Assembly: GCA_963696395.1 (NCBI GenBank) | Contig: CAVOJZ010000002.1 | Span: 296,347-360,346 of the forward strand | From: an uncultured bacterium | Lineage (GTDB): Bacteria > Patescibacteriota > Minisyncoccia > UBA6257 > 2-01-FULL-56-20 | Reading direction: 5' to 3' | DNA length: 64,000 bases | In this document: piece after piece, positions 37,461-47,258 of the stretch | Numbering within the stretch: the first letter of the stretch is position 1 | Layout of the letters: each line of letters begins with the position of its first letter | Translations under genes and position numbers: made by a program | Notes under the pieces: generated by a model | The model's database searches: none | Told to the model about the DNA's origin: nothing | Seen by the model: the letters and a program-made list of their open reading frames with translations, nothing else

Positions 37461-37596
37461 TGTTTCCTATTATATACCTCTTTTTTAATAAATAAAAGAC
37501 CGCTATACTCGCGGTTTGAGGTATTTGCAGTATAAAGCTTTCCGAGCATGTTCGTCAAGCAAACAGGGACGAGGGTGAACAAGGCTGCGCCTTATT

Positions 37597-38610
37597 TTAA
37601 CGACCAAAAAAGCTCGACGCAATAACGATGATTCCGGCCACAAGCACAGCCATGCTTAACAGCTGAATTTTTATCGCGCTCCCCGCGCCTTTCCACTCGC
37701 CGGTTGCAATACCGAGCACATTCGTTGCAATAATCCCGGTCGCGAGATTAATAGCGTAACCGACGGACGTGCCGAGCTCTCCCAGATACGCCGTTGCAAT
37801 GGCATACAATCCAATGCCGCCGAACCAAAAAAGTCCGGCAGCAATACTTCCGGTCACCGGCTTTATTTGTACATGTCGGAACAGTGCAAATGATTTATTC
37901 TTAAACAAGAGAAATAGGGCGTATCCGGCGTTCACAAAAAATCCTCCGAAAATTACCGCTTCAATAGCGACCAATGGCGACCAATGCGGAGATGCGCCGA
38001 ATGACGCCGCAAGAGATATGATATTTTTTGCATAGGCAAAGCCAACGTTATTCATCGGCGAGATTATTCCAGACACGATTGCCATCAAGAGGCCGAAGCC
38101 ATATTGCCGCGGCCGCGCACCTGATGCTTCCGCCTCTAACATCCTTTCCCGGCGCAGGCCGGCGTAACCACTTACCGCGGTGCCGATAATCAATATCGCT
38201 ATCCCGGCAATGATCATGAAAAGGGTCGAAGGGCTGAGCACCGCGCCGCTTGAGAGCAACGGCACAATGGTTCCAATGATGGTCGCGAGGCCGATGACGA
38301 TCGTAAACGTGAGAGACATGCCGATTCTTTCAACACCAAGTCCGAAGAGAATCGATCCGATACCCCAGAGAGCACCGAAAAACATTGGCGCCATAAGCAT
38401 GCCGAAGGACAAATGAGCGAGAATCTGGGGAGATGTCGGGATAACGATTGCTATCCAAATCAAAGGAAAGATAAGCAACGCCACGAAGGAATAGACAAGC
38501 CAGAAATTTTCCCACCGCCACGGGCTTTTATATTTTAGGAAAATCGCAAAACTGCCATTTAAAATTCCTCCCGCGACGGCAACCGCGATGCCGACAGGTA
38601 CCGAGCTCAT
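37597..38610 (-). CDS. RhaT-like (DMT superfamily) sugar:proton symporter
   Basis: GSF...K...W.WENFW, FG.LWGIG...FG......G.SL, GEWKG; about 10 TM helices. Confidence 0.75.
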   Translation of the reverse strand: MSSVPVGIAVAVAGGILNGSFAIFLKYKSPWRWENFWLVYSFVALLIFPLIWIAIVIPTSPQILAHLSFGMLMAPMFFGALWGIGSILFGLGVERIGMSLTFTIVIGLATIIGTIVPLLSSGAVLSPSTLFMIIAGIAILIIGTAVSGYAGLRRERMLEAEASGARPRQYGFGLLMAIVSGIISPMNNVGFAYAKNIISLAASFGASPHWSPLVAIEAVIFGGFFVNAGYALFLLFKNKSFALFRHVQIKPVTGSIAAGLFWFGGIGLYAIATAYLGELGTSVGYAINLATGIIATNVLGIATGEWKGAGSAIKIQLLSMAVLVAGIIVIASSFFGR

Positions 38611-38663
38611 ATGCCCAATTGTATCAAACACCGCTCGCTGGTGAAACAACTGACCCAGCCAAG

Positions 38664-40727
38664 TTAAATATCCAGGTTCTGCACGGTCGCAGCATGAGCC
38701 TGAATGAAGTTCTTGCGCGGTTCAACGGCGTCGCCCATTAATACATCGAATAGCTTATCGGCGGCTTCCGCGTCTTCAATGGTCACCTGTTTCATCAACC
38801 GATTCTCCGGATTCATGGTGGTTTCCCAAAGCTGCTCGGCATTCATTTCTCCAAGCCCCTTATACCGCTGAACGTTCGGCATGCGCTTGCCATCGCTGCC
38901 AACCGCCGGCGCTTCGCCCTCGCTGGCGACCTCTTCCTCTTCGGTCACAACTTCGGCCTCGGCCGCTTTTTTCTTACTCGCCTTCGCGGCACTCTTTGCA
39001 TCAGCCGTTGTCTTTGCATTCTTCTGCATCTCGGCGATCACTTTGTCTTTTTCATCATCGGAAAATGCATAATGCACCGCTTTGCCAAGCTGGATACGAT
39101 AGAGCGGCGGTTGGGCGATATAAACATATCCTCCATCCATCACTTCACGGAAATAACGATAGAAGAGCGTGAGGAGAAGTGTGCGGATATGTGCGCCGTC
39201 AACGTCGGCATCGGTCATGATAACGATTTTGTGATAACGCAATTTTTCCATATTAAATTCCTCACCGATCGCGGTGCCAATCGCAACAACCAAAGCGCGA
39301 ACTTCGGCATTCGCAAGCATCTTGTCCAAACGTGCCCGTTCAACGTTTAAAATCTTTCCTCGGAGCGGCAGGATTGCCTGCGTTTGGCGGTTTCTCCCCT
39401 GCTTCGCGGTGCCACCGGCGGAATCGCCCTCAACAATGAAAAGCTCTGAATCCTCCGGGCTCTTCGAAATGCAGTCCGCGAGCTTGCCCGGCAAGGTGAG
39501 CCCTTCAAACGCACCTTTCCGCAAAACCGTTTCGCGCGCGGCGCGGGCAGCCAATCGGGCTTTGGCGGTCAGGATGACTTTGGCGATAATGGCACGCGCT
39601 TCCGCGGGATGCTTCTCCAAGAATTCTTTGAGTCCTTCGTTGATCACCGCCTCTGTTGCGGTGCGCGCTTCCGGATTGCCAAGCTTGGCCTTGGTTTGGC
39701 CTTCGAATTGCGGCTCGCGAAGTTTCACGGAGAGCACAACAACCTGTCCTTCACGCACATCGTCACTTGTGAGATTCTCTTCTTTTTCCTTGAGGTATCC
39801 TTCCGCGCGGGCATAGTTATTGAGCGTGCGGGTGAGCGCAGCTTTGAATCCCGTGAGATGCATGCCACCTTCGGGTGTGTAGATATTATTCGCAAAACTC
39901 ATTTCCTGCGTACGCGTGTCGTCCACATACATGAATGCGCACTCGATATCAATATTCTGGTTTTCCTTTTCAACGTAGAAAATGTCCTCGTGGAGCGGAT
40001 TCTTTTTTTGCGCAAGGAACTTCACGAACGAAAGCACGCCGCCTTCGAAATAGAAACCGTAGAAAAGCGGCGTCTTGGGGCGGCGGTCAATCACGTTGAT
40101 TCGAACGCCCTTCGTGAGATAAGCCTGCTGGCGCAAGTGCTCCAAAACGGTCTTGTCGTTAAACTCAAGTTCGGAAAAAATCTCCGGATCGGGCGAAAAC
40201 GTCACCTTGGTGCCATGCTTTTTCGATGCTCCTACGCGGCGCACTTTATATTTTGGTTTGCCGCGAACATATTCCTGTTCATATTTTCCGCCGTCGCGCT
40301 CAACTTCCACTTTTGTCCAGTCCGAAAGCGCATTCACCACGGAAACACCCACGCCGTGCAAACCGCCGGAAACTTTGTATGACTCCCCTCCGAATTTGCC
40401 GCCGGCGTGCAGGGTTGTGAGAACGGTTTCGAGCGCGGATTTCTTTGTCTGCTTATGGATGTCAACCGGAATACCGCGGCCGTCGTCCGTGACGGCAACT
40501 TTATTTCCTTCGAGCAACTCGACGGTCACATTCTTGGCGAACCCGGCCATCGCCTCGTCAACCGAGTTGTCTACAACCTCCCAAATCAGATGGTGTAGCC
40601 CAAGAGAACCGGTTGAACCGATGTACATACCGGGCCGTTTCCGGACCGGCTCAAGCCCTTCAAGCACATAGATGTCCTTGGCACCGTATGAAGCGCTGCC
40701 TTGGTTTTTCGAAGTTTTTTCTGCCAT
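38664..40727 (-). CDS. gyrB: DNA gyrase subunit B
   Basis: LEGLEPVRKRPGMYIG, EVVDNS, GGLHGVG, VEGDSAGG, PLRGKILN, DADVDG, RYKGLGEM. Confidence 0.97.
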   Translation of the reverse strand: MAEKTSKNQGSASYGAKDIYVLEGLEPVRKRPGMYIGSTGSLGLHHLIWEVVDNSVDEAMAGFAKNVTVELLEGNKVAVTDDGRGIPVDIHKQTKKSALETVLTTLHAGGKFGGESYKVSGGLHGVGVSVVNALSDWTKVEVERDGGKYEQEYVRGKPKYKVRRVGASKKHGTKVTFSPDPEIFSELEFNDKTVLEHLRQQAYLTKGVRINVIDRRPKTPLFYGFYFEGGVLSFVKFLAQKKNPLHEDIFYVEKENQNIDIECAFMYVDDTRTQEMSFANNIYTPEGGMHLTGFKAALTRTLNNYARAEGYLKEKEENLTSDDVREGQVVVLSVKLREPQFEGQTKAKLGNPEARTATEAVINEGLKEFLEKHPAEARAIIAKVILTAKARLAARAARETVLRKGAFEGLTLPGKLADCISKSPEDSELFIVEGDSAGGTAKQGRNRQTQAILPLRGKILNVERARLDKMLANAEVRALVVAIGTAIGEEFNMEKLRYHKIVIMTDADVDGAHIRTLLLTLFYRYFREVMDGGYVYIAQPPLYRIQLGKAVHYAFSDDEKDKVIAEMQKNAKTTADAKSAAKASKKKAAEAEVVTEEEEVASEGEAPAVGSDGKRMPNVQRYKGLGEMNAEQLWETTMNPENRLMKQVTIEDAEAADKLFDVLMGDAVEPRKNFIQAHAATVQNLDI

Positions 40728-40790
40728 AGATACCTACTATTTTAGCAGAAATTAGGTCAAATTTCCAATACCCATGAATGCTCCAAAAGC

Positions 40791-41108
40791 CTAGGAAATA
40801 TCGAGCTTTTTCTCTATCCTTTCGAGCCGAAATTCGTGGTTTGTGAGCACGCCGTGAATTGTGGCAAATCCGGCCCGCATTTCCTTGCGCAAGTCCTCGA
40901 TTTCTTCATGTAATTGCGTATAGAGCAGCTTGAACCCGGCTTGCATCTCGTTGCGAAGGTTCTGCGTCTCGCCATGAAATTCTTCACGCAAATCCTCCCG
41001 CACCGCAACAAATTCGCGCTGGGTCATAAGCGCCAAGTTTTCAACCGCTTCCAGGATCTGTTCCGCAATTTCGTTTCGCACATCCTCATCGTAATCAAAT
41101 TTTTCCAT
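40791..41108 (-). CDS. Coiled-coil hypothetical protein
   Basis: Repeated LR.EM.AGF segments and an HE.RL.RIEKKL tail; start placed at MEKFD. Confidence 0.6.
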   Translation of the reverse strand: MEKFDYDEDVRNEIAEQILEAVENLALMTQREFVAVREDLREEFHGETQNLRNEMQAGFKLLYTQLHEEIEDLRKEMRAGFATIHGVLTNHEFRLERIEKKLDIS

Positions 41109-41172
41109 GGGGCAAGTTAAATTTAATAAAAATTTAATGAATCGGCGCGGAGGATTGGCGGCGGGTCGTCCG

Positions 41173-42318
41173 CTAGAAGTGAACCGTGAGCGGTGCGCCA
41201 AGTCCTGTCACGTAGTCATATCGTTTCCGTGCATCGCAATAATATTTGCAGGTGCCGTTCGCGCCGCTCGTGATATCCCGGAAAAATTCAAGCGTATCCG
41301 ATGATGCCTTGTCGTTATAGAGATTCGCCGCCGTTGCGGAAAGCCCAAGCGCATGGATTGCGGCCCATTGCGGCGCGCCGGCCGAAGTGCCGCCGATCGT
41401 GTACCATCCGTTCTTTGAAGTGCCGCCGGATTTGTATACGGAGAAGCCGGATTGCGGATCGGCGTTGTAGGCAACATCAGGCACCGCGCGTTTGCCGCCG
41501 GCTTTTGGAATGCTATAGGTCCGCTGGTAGTCCGGCTCCGGTTCGTAGGCGCTCACGCCGCCGCCGCTCCCCTGCCACGCTGATTCGGCAATAAGCGATC
41601 CATTTTTAAATAATTCGAGGGAAGTGCCGCCAACGGCGATAACATTCGGCGATGCCGCCGGCCAGCTCACTCCTGCGCCACGGTCGCCGGACGAAGCAAA
41701 GAAAACGGCGCCGGCCTTGCTTGCAAAATGGCGGTCAAGCGATGTCTCTTCCGAAAACTCCGGACCACCCCAGCTCATGGAAACGGCAACGACGTCATCC
41801 CGACCGGCCGCGTAATCAATGGCGCTCAGCAGATTGGCGCCGCTTTGCGTCTTTGCCTCGACAAGCAGGATTTTTGCCTGCGGTGCGATAGCATGCGCCC
41901 ACTCAACATCAAGCGCCGTTTCAAGCGCCCACCCGCTATTGGTCTTTGTTCCTGTCGCCATTGTGTGGCGAGTTAAACATCCATTCTTAATGGTGCACGC
42001 GGGCAAACCATAGGTCTCGTCAAAAACGCCAAGATCATTTTCGATCGTCGGAGAATCATACGCTTCGATGAGCGCAATCGTGCTGCTTGCGCCGCCGGTG
42101 AGCGGGATATTATAGATATGCTTAACCTCAAGGGGTGTAAGCCCTGCTGGCGATTTTTGGCCCGAGCGAAAGATGTGAATCGGCGGTGCGCCAAGATAAC
42201 CCGAAAAATGATATGCCGCATAGGCCGTATCTGCGACCTTTCCAGAATACATTCCGCCCGTCCACAGCCCGACAAACAAAATCATCCCGGCCGCAAATGC
42301 GGCGTTCTTTTTTACCAT
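41173..42318 (-). CDS. Sedolisin-like S53 peptidase
   Basis: ETALDVEWAHA (E..D), SSGDRG, VGGT, R.VPDVA..AD, GGTSAGAP, YD.VTGLG. Confidence 0.9.
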   Translation of the reverse strand: MVKKNAAFAAGMILFVGLWTGGMYSGKVADTAYAAYHFSGYLGAPPIHIFRSGQKSPAGLTPLEVKHIYNIPLTGGASSTIALIEAYDSPTIENDLGVFDETYGLPACTIKNGCLTRHTMATGTKTNSGWALETALDVEWAHAIAPQAKILLVEAKTQSGANLLSAIDYAAGRDDVVAVSMSWGGPEFSEETSLDRHFASKAGAVFFASSGDRGAGVSWPAASPNVIAVGGTSLELFKNGSLIAESAWQGSGGGVSAYEPEPDYQRTYSIPKAGGKRAVPDVAYNADPQSGFSVYKSGGTSKNGWYTIGGTSAGAPQWAAIHALGLSATAANLYNDKASSDTLEFFRDITSGANGTCKYYCDARKRYDYVTGLGAPLTVHF

Positions 42319-42388
42319 TGGATAATGATGATTATTTTTTATTCGACACCACCATTATCCTCGGGACGCATTAAAAACGTATTAAAAA

Positions 42389-44327
42389 TTACCAGATACT
42401 GACACGGTCGTCGGGGTCACGCCAAAGCGCATTCCCCGGCATGCAGCCAAAAGCTTCGTAAAACTCCTTCATGTTTGAGAGCGGCCCGTTCACGCGGTAG
42501 CGTGAAGGCGAATGCGGATCCACCTGCACTTGCAGACGCAAAGCTTCGTCCCGTTCCATTCCTCGCTCCGTGACAGCGCAATTGATAAAAAACTGCTGAT
42601 ACGCCGTGAGGCCGTCAACGGTTTCAACCGCCTTCTCTTTCATGGCAAGCGTGAGGCCGTCGTAAGCAATGAGAAGTCCGCCGAGATCGGCGATATTTTC
42701 GCCGAGCGTGAGTTCACCGTTTACATGCAATCCCGGCAACGGTTCATATTGATTGTATTGTTCGGCAAGATGTTTTGTCTTTTTGTCGAATCGCTCCTTA
42801 TCTTCCGCCGTCCACCACTGCGAAAGATTCCCTCGGAGGTCAAAGAGCGAGCCCTGGTCGTCGAATCCGTGGGTCAGCTCGTGCCCGATGACAGTGCCGA
42901 TGCCGCCGAAGTTCACCGCATCATTTACCGCAGGATCAAAAAACGGCGGCTGAAGTATGGCGGCCGGAAATACAATTTCGTTCACGAGCGGATTGTAATA
43001 AGCATTCACCATCTGCGGCGGCATATGCCATTCGGTCCGGTCAACCGGTTTTCCGATCCTCTGCATTAAACGGTCCACCTCGAAGGTATACGCATTCATA
43101 TAGTTTTCGGCGTATGAGGCGTTCCCGATCGCAAGCGAGGAAATGTCTTTCCAGGTGTCGGGGTAACCGAGTTTCTTCAAGACCACCGCGAGCTTTGCAA
43201 GCGCTTTCTTTTTGGTTTCATCGCTCATCCAATCAAGCCGTTCGATGCGCGCCCGATAAGCCTGGCCGAGATGGTCCACGAGCTTACCAACGCGGGCGCG
43301 GGCGGATTCACTAAAATGCCGTTCAACATACAGTTTCCCGACCGCCTCGTCGAGCATCCCATTCACCACGCCAAGCACTCTCCGCCAGCGCGGTTTCATT
43401 TCGGTTGCCCCACCGAATGTCCGACCGTAAAAATCAAAAGCCTTGCGCTCGAAATCTTCACTTAAGAAATTTGCGAAGCCGATCACCACATGCCATCGCA
43501 GATAGGCTTTAAGTTCCTCGAAAGAAACCTCCGCGAATTGCCGATTGACCATCTCCAGGAATTTCGGCTGGCACACAATGGCATATGCCGGTACCGATAT
43601 CCCAAGCGCCTTGCAATAGATACTCCAGTTAATGCGGGGTGTGAGCTTTGCGATTTCAGAAAACGTCATCTTGTTATATTGCTTCTCGACATCACGCAAC
43701 TCCACGCGAGTCATGGATGCCTGCGCGAGCTCGGTTTCGATGGCGGTAAAAACCGTTACCGTCTCTCGCGTTGCCGTTCCGATGCGCGGAGCGATGGCGA
43801 GCATATCGAGGGCGAACTCGCCGTATTTTTTTCTGATGAGCGCGCTCTTCTCGCCGGCATCGAGATAGTAATCGCGATCCGGCAATCCGAGCCCAGCCTG
43901 GAAAAGATAGAGTGCGTTTATTTCGCTTTGCTTTGCGTCCGGCTCGAACCACCGGCGTCCACCATGCATTTACGCCGCGACGATGGAGATTCCCGACCAT
44001 GCGAACAAGCTCGTCTACGGTTTTCAAGGAATCAATCTCGTCGAAAATGTGCGCGAGCGGTTCGGCTTTGAGCCGGTTGAGTTTTTCAACATCCATGCCC
44101 GTCAGATAAAAATCCCGGACCTTCCGTGCATTTTCATCGAGAATCGCACCTCCTGAGCTTTCGAGCTCGTCAAATATTTTTTTAATCTGTTTCTCCACCT
44201 CAACGCGCAAGACACTGAACGACCCCCACCGTGATTCTTCCGGCGGAATGGGATGCTCCTTAATCCATGCATTATTTACATAACCGAAAAAATCGTCGGC
44301 TGGTTTTATGTTGGGATCAAAAGCCAT
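42389..44327 (-). pseudogene. pepO: M13 metallopeptidase (PepO/neprilysin) interrupted by a one-base frameshift near 43947
   Basis: 5' frame P.DDFF.YVN..W....IP.....WGSF; 3' frame GLGLPDRDYY, VNAYY, FPAAILQPPFF, HELTHGFDDQG, ENIAD. Confidence 0.85.
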
Positions 44328-44401
44328 AATGCCACAATTATAACGCAACAAACCTGCGGCCGCTATCGTATAAGGAGGTAAAATAGGTTATAATAGTCAT
44401 T

Positions 44402-44965
44402 ATGAAAAATATCTGGAAATATCTCGTCGGAGCCGTCGTCGTGATTGTTTTTATCGGCTATGTACTCTTCAGCCGCCAGAATTCGGAAACGGCCGCTCTA
44501 AATGTTAATCCTCCGGTTGTAGATAACAGCACGGGAACGGCCCCGGCCTCTCAAACGCCAATACCGACATCCACAGGCGGGACCGGAGCCGCAGGGGCTG
44601 GCTCGGGATCGGGTACAGGCAGCGGCAGTTCGGCGGGCGGTAGCGCGGGAACCGGTTCAACTGGCAGCGGTTCGAACGGCCTCTATAAAGATGGAAGCTA
44701 CACTGGCACGGCGGCAGACGCCTTCTATGGAACCATCCAGGTTAAGGCCGTCGTGAGCGGCGGCCAATTGACGGACGTGCAATTCCTCCAGTATCCGAAT
44801 ACACCCGGCCACTCGAGCGAAGTCAGCAATTTTGCACTCCCCCAGCTTAAGCAGGAAGCTATCGCCGCGCAGAGCGCAAACGTAAACATCGTTTCAGGGG
44901 CAACCCAGGACAGCCAGGCGTTCCAGCAGTCACTCGCATCCGCACTCGCCCAAGCAAAAGCCTAA
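44402..44965 (+). CDS. Membrane-anchored FMN-binding protein
   Basis: TM anchor, Gly/Ser/Thr linker, YKDGSYTG, flavinylation motif VSGATQDS. Confidence 0.88.
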   Translation: MKNIWKYLVGAVVVIVFIGYVLFSRQNSETAALNVNPPVVDNSTGTAPASQTPIPTSTGGTGAAGAGSGSGTGSGSSAGGSAGTGSTGSGSNGLYKDGSYTGTAADAFYGTIQVKAVVSGGQLTDVQFLQYPNTPGHSSEVSNFALPQLKQEAIAAQSANVNIVSGATQDSQAFQQSLASALAQAKA

Positions 44966-44971
44966 TCTCCG

Positions 44972-45715
44972 ATGAAGCAAATACGGGTTCTTATGGGAAT
45001 GCCGATATCGGTTGAAATTATCGATCCCAACGCGACCGAAAAAATTTTCGACGATGTATATGATTATTTCAAACACATCGACGAAAAATTCAGCACATAT
45101 AAACAAACAAGTGAAATAACGGCAATCAACGAAGGCAAGCTTCCCGAAGACCAGTGGAGCGAGGAAATGCGGCTCATCTTCACATTATCGAACGAGACCA
45201 AACGTGAAACGAACGGTTTTTTTGATATAAAAACACCGAATGGGACGTATGATCCATCGGGTCTCGTTAAGGGATGGGCGATCTGGAACGCGGCCCAGCT
45301 CATTTTAAAGAATGGCTTCAAAAATTTTTACGTTGACGCCGGAGGCGACATCCAGCCGGGCGGCGTAAACGACCAGGGCGATCCATGGACCGTCGGCATT
45401 AAAAATCCATGGAACGAGGCCGAGAATGTGAAAATCATAGAAGTGACGAAGGAAGGTGTTGCCACATCGGGCACCTATATCCGCGGGCTCCACATCTATA
45501 ATCCCCGCACGCAAAAACCCATTGATGAAATCGTGAGTCTCACGGTCGTGGGGCCGAACATATATGAAGCGGATCGGTTCGCAACAGCGGCCTTCGCCAT
45601 GGGGAAAGAAGCGATCAATTTTATCGAGGCACTTCCGGGCTTTGAGGGATACATGATCGGACAGGATAAAATTGCCACCATGACGCGCGGGTTCGAAAAA
45701 TATGTTAAAAAATAA
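44972..45715 (+). CDS. apbE: FAD:protein FMN transferase
   Basis: MG......, FS.Y...SEI, DPSGLVKGWA, DAGGDI, VATSG.Y.RG.HI.NP, AD..ATA. Confidence 0.92.
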   Translation: MKQIRVLMGMPISVEIIDPNATEKIFDDVYDYFKHIDEKFSTYKQTSEITAINEGKLPEDQWSEEMRLIFTLSNETKRETNGFFDIKTPNGTYDPSGLVKGWAIWNAAQLILKNGFKNFYVDAGGDIQPGGVNDQGDPWTVGIKNPWNEAENVKIIEVTKEGVATSGTYIRGLHIYNPRTQKPIDEIVSLTVVGPNIYEADRFATAAFAMGKEAINFIEALPGFEGYMIGQDKIATMTRGFEKYVKK

Positions 45716-45718
45716 TTA

Positions 45719-47242
45719 ATGATTGCCTGGATTGACCGGCTTCTGAATCGGATTACGATGTACCGCCTGGTGCTCTATTTTTTGATTCTTCTGCTCGCGG
45801 TCGCTGTCGTATTCGGAGCTCTCGGGTGGCTCCCCTACAGCCCCGTTGCAATCATTTTTTCCTCGCTCTTTCTTGTAGCCGTGTGCTGGATCGCGAACGG
45901 CGTTTTTGCGCAGGTATTCAAGGCCCAGCCGAATGTTGAATCCGTTTACATCACGGCGCTTATTCTCGCGCTCATCATCACGCCAGGGATGCCGAACGAC
46001 ATGGCAACGCTTTGGTTCCTTGTCTGGGCTTCCATTATCGCGATGGCATCTAAATATATTTTTGCCATCGGGAAGAAACACATATTTAATCCCGCCGCAT
46101 TCGCCGTAGCCGTAACAGGGCTCGTGCTCGGACAATACGCAAGCTGGTGGGTTGGCGGCAATCTGCCAATGATGGCGTTCGTCATCATTGGCGGCTTGCT
46201 TGTGACACGGAAAATACAACGCTTCGATCTTGCGATCGCTTTCTTCATCGCCGCGGCGCTGAGCTGCATCCTGGCAAGTCCATTCTTTGATCCGTGGGGC
46301 ACGATCCAGAAACTGGCGCTTCACACCCCGATTTTCTTCTTTGCATTTATCATGCTCACCGAACCGCTCACCACTCCGCCAACGCGATCCCTCCGGATAG
46401 CATACGGCCTGCTCGTCGGCGCGATCTTCTCCCCCTATATTCATATTGGCTCGGTGTATTCCCTGCCGGAACTGGCATTGCTCGTGGGTAACGTTTTTTC
46501 ATATGCCGTGAGCCCCAAACGCAAACACATGCTCACACTCACGGAAAAGCACGTGGTGAGTTCGGATATTTACGATTTCAGCTTCATGCCCGACCATCCG
46601 GTTTCATTCCTCCCGGGACAATATCTTGAATGGACGCTCGCGCACGAAAAATCCGACGGCCGGGGCAATCGGCGATACTTTACCATCGCCTCGTCACCGA
46701 CCGAACAAAACGTGCACCTCGGCGTGAAATTTTATGAGCCGGCGAGCAGCTTCAAAAAACGCCTCCAGGGGATGGAGTCGGGCGAGACCATTCTTGCAGG
46801 CCAACTTGCCGGAGATTTCACCCTACCAAGCGACCAGACAAAAAAACTTGTTTTTATTGCAGGTGGCATCGGTATCACCCCGTTTCGCAGTATGGTGAAA
46901 TATATCACCGACACCGGCGAAAAACGGGATGCTGTGCTTTTCTATTCCAACCGAACTCGTGCGGAAATCAGCTACCGCGAAGTTTTCGACGAGGCCAACG
47001 CCGTTTGGGGACTGAAAACAATTTATGCCTTCACCGACGAAGCCAGCCCTGTTACCATGCCGAATGAAGCAAAAGGCCGCGTTGATGTTTCGCTCATCGA
47101 ACGCGTAGTACCGGATTATCGCGAACGAACATTCTACATTTCCGGAACCCATGCCATGGTGAGCGCCTTCAAAAAAACGCTGAATGAGCTGGGAGTGCCA
47201 CGCGCTCAGATTAAAACCGACTTCTTCCCGGGTTTTGCATAG
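45719..47242 (+). CDS. NqrB/RnfD-like membrane domain fused to an FNR-type FAD/NAD(P)-binding domain
   Basis: SK......KHIFNPA, MLTEPLTTP; then PGQY, RYFTIASSP, IAGGIGITPF. Confidence 0.85.
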   Translation: MIAWIDRLLNRITMYRLVLYFLILLLAVAVVFGALGWLPYSPVAIIFSSLFLVAVCWIANGVFAQVFKAQPNVESVYITALILALIITPGMPNDMATLWFLVWASIIAMASKYIFAIGKKHIFNPAAFAVAVTGLVLGQYASWWVGGNLPMMAFVIIGGLLVTRKIQRFDLAIAFFIAAALSCILASPFFDPWGTIQKLALHTPIFFFAFIMLTEPLTTPPTRSLRIAYGLLVGAIFSPYIHIGSVYSLPELALLVGNVFSYAVSPKRKHMLTLTEKHVVSSDIYDFSFMPDHPVSFLPGQYLEWTLAHEKSDGRGNRRYFTIASSPTEQNVHLGVKFYEPASSFKKRLQGMESGETILAGQLAGDFTLPSDQTKKLVFIAGGIGITPFRSMVKYITDTGEKRDAVLFYSNRTRAEISYREVFDEANAVWGLKTIYAFTDEASPVTMPNEAKGRVDVSLIERVVPDYRERTFYISGTHAMVSAFKKTLNELGVPRAQIKTDFFPGFA

Positions 47243-47258
47243 GCTATAATAGCTCCAT

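Noticed and set aside
39274-40671. Long antisense ORFs over gyrB (and similar ones over relA, parB, infB and groEL)
   Set aside because: Shadow frames of conserved genes with no motifs of their own
23926-40727. Inteins in nrdJ or gyrB
   Set aside because: Lengths are normal and motifs contiguous; the GyrB insert is a short Lys/Ala/Glu low-complexity loop
43940-43955. GGTTCGAG at the pepO frameshift as a T-loop-type recombination scar
   Set aside because: No T-stem pairing and no GGA-N5-TTCGAAC geometry; a chance match is likely
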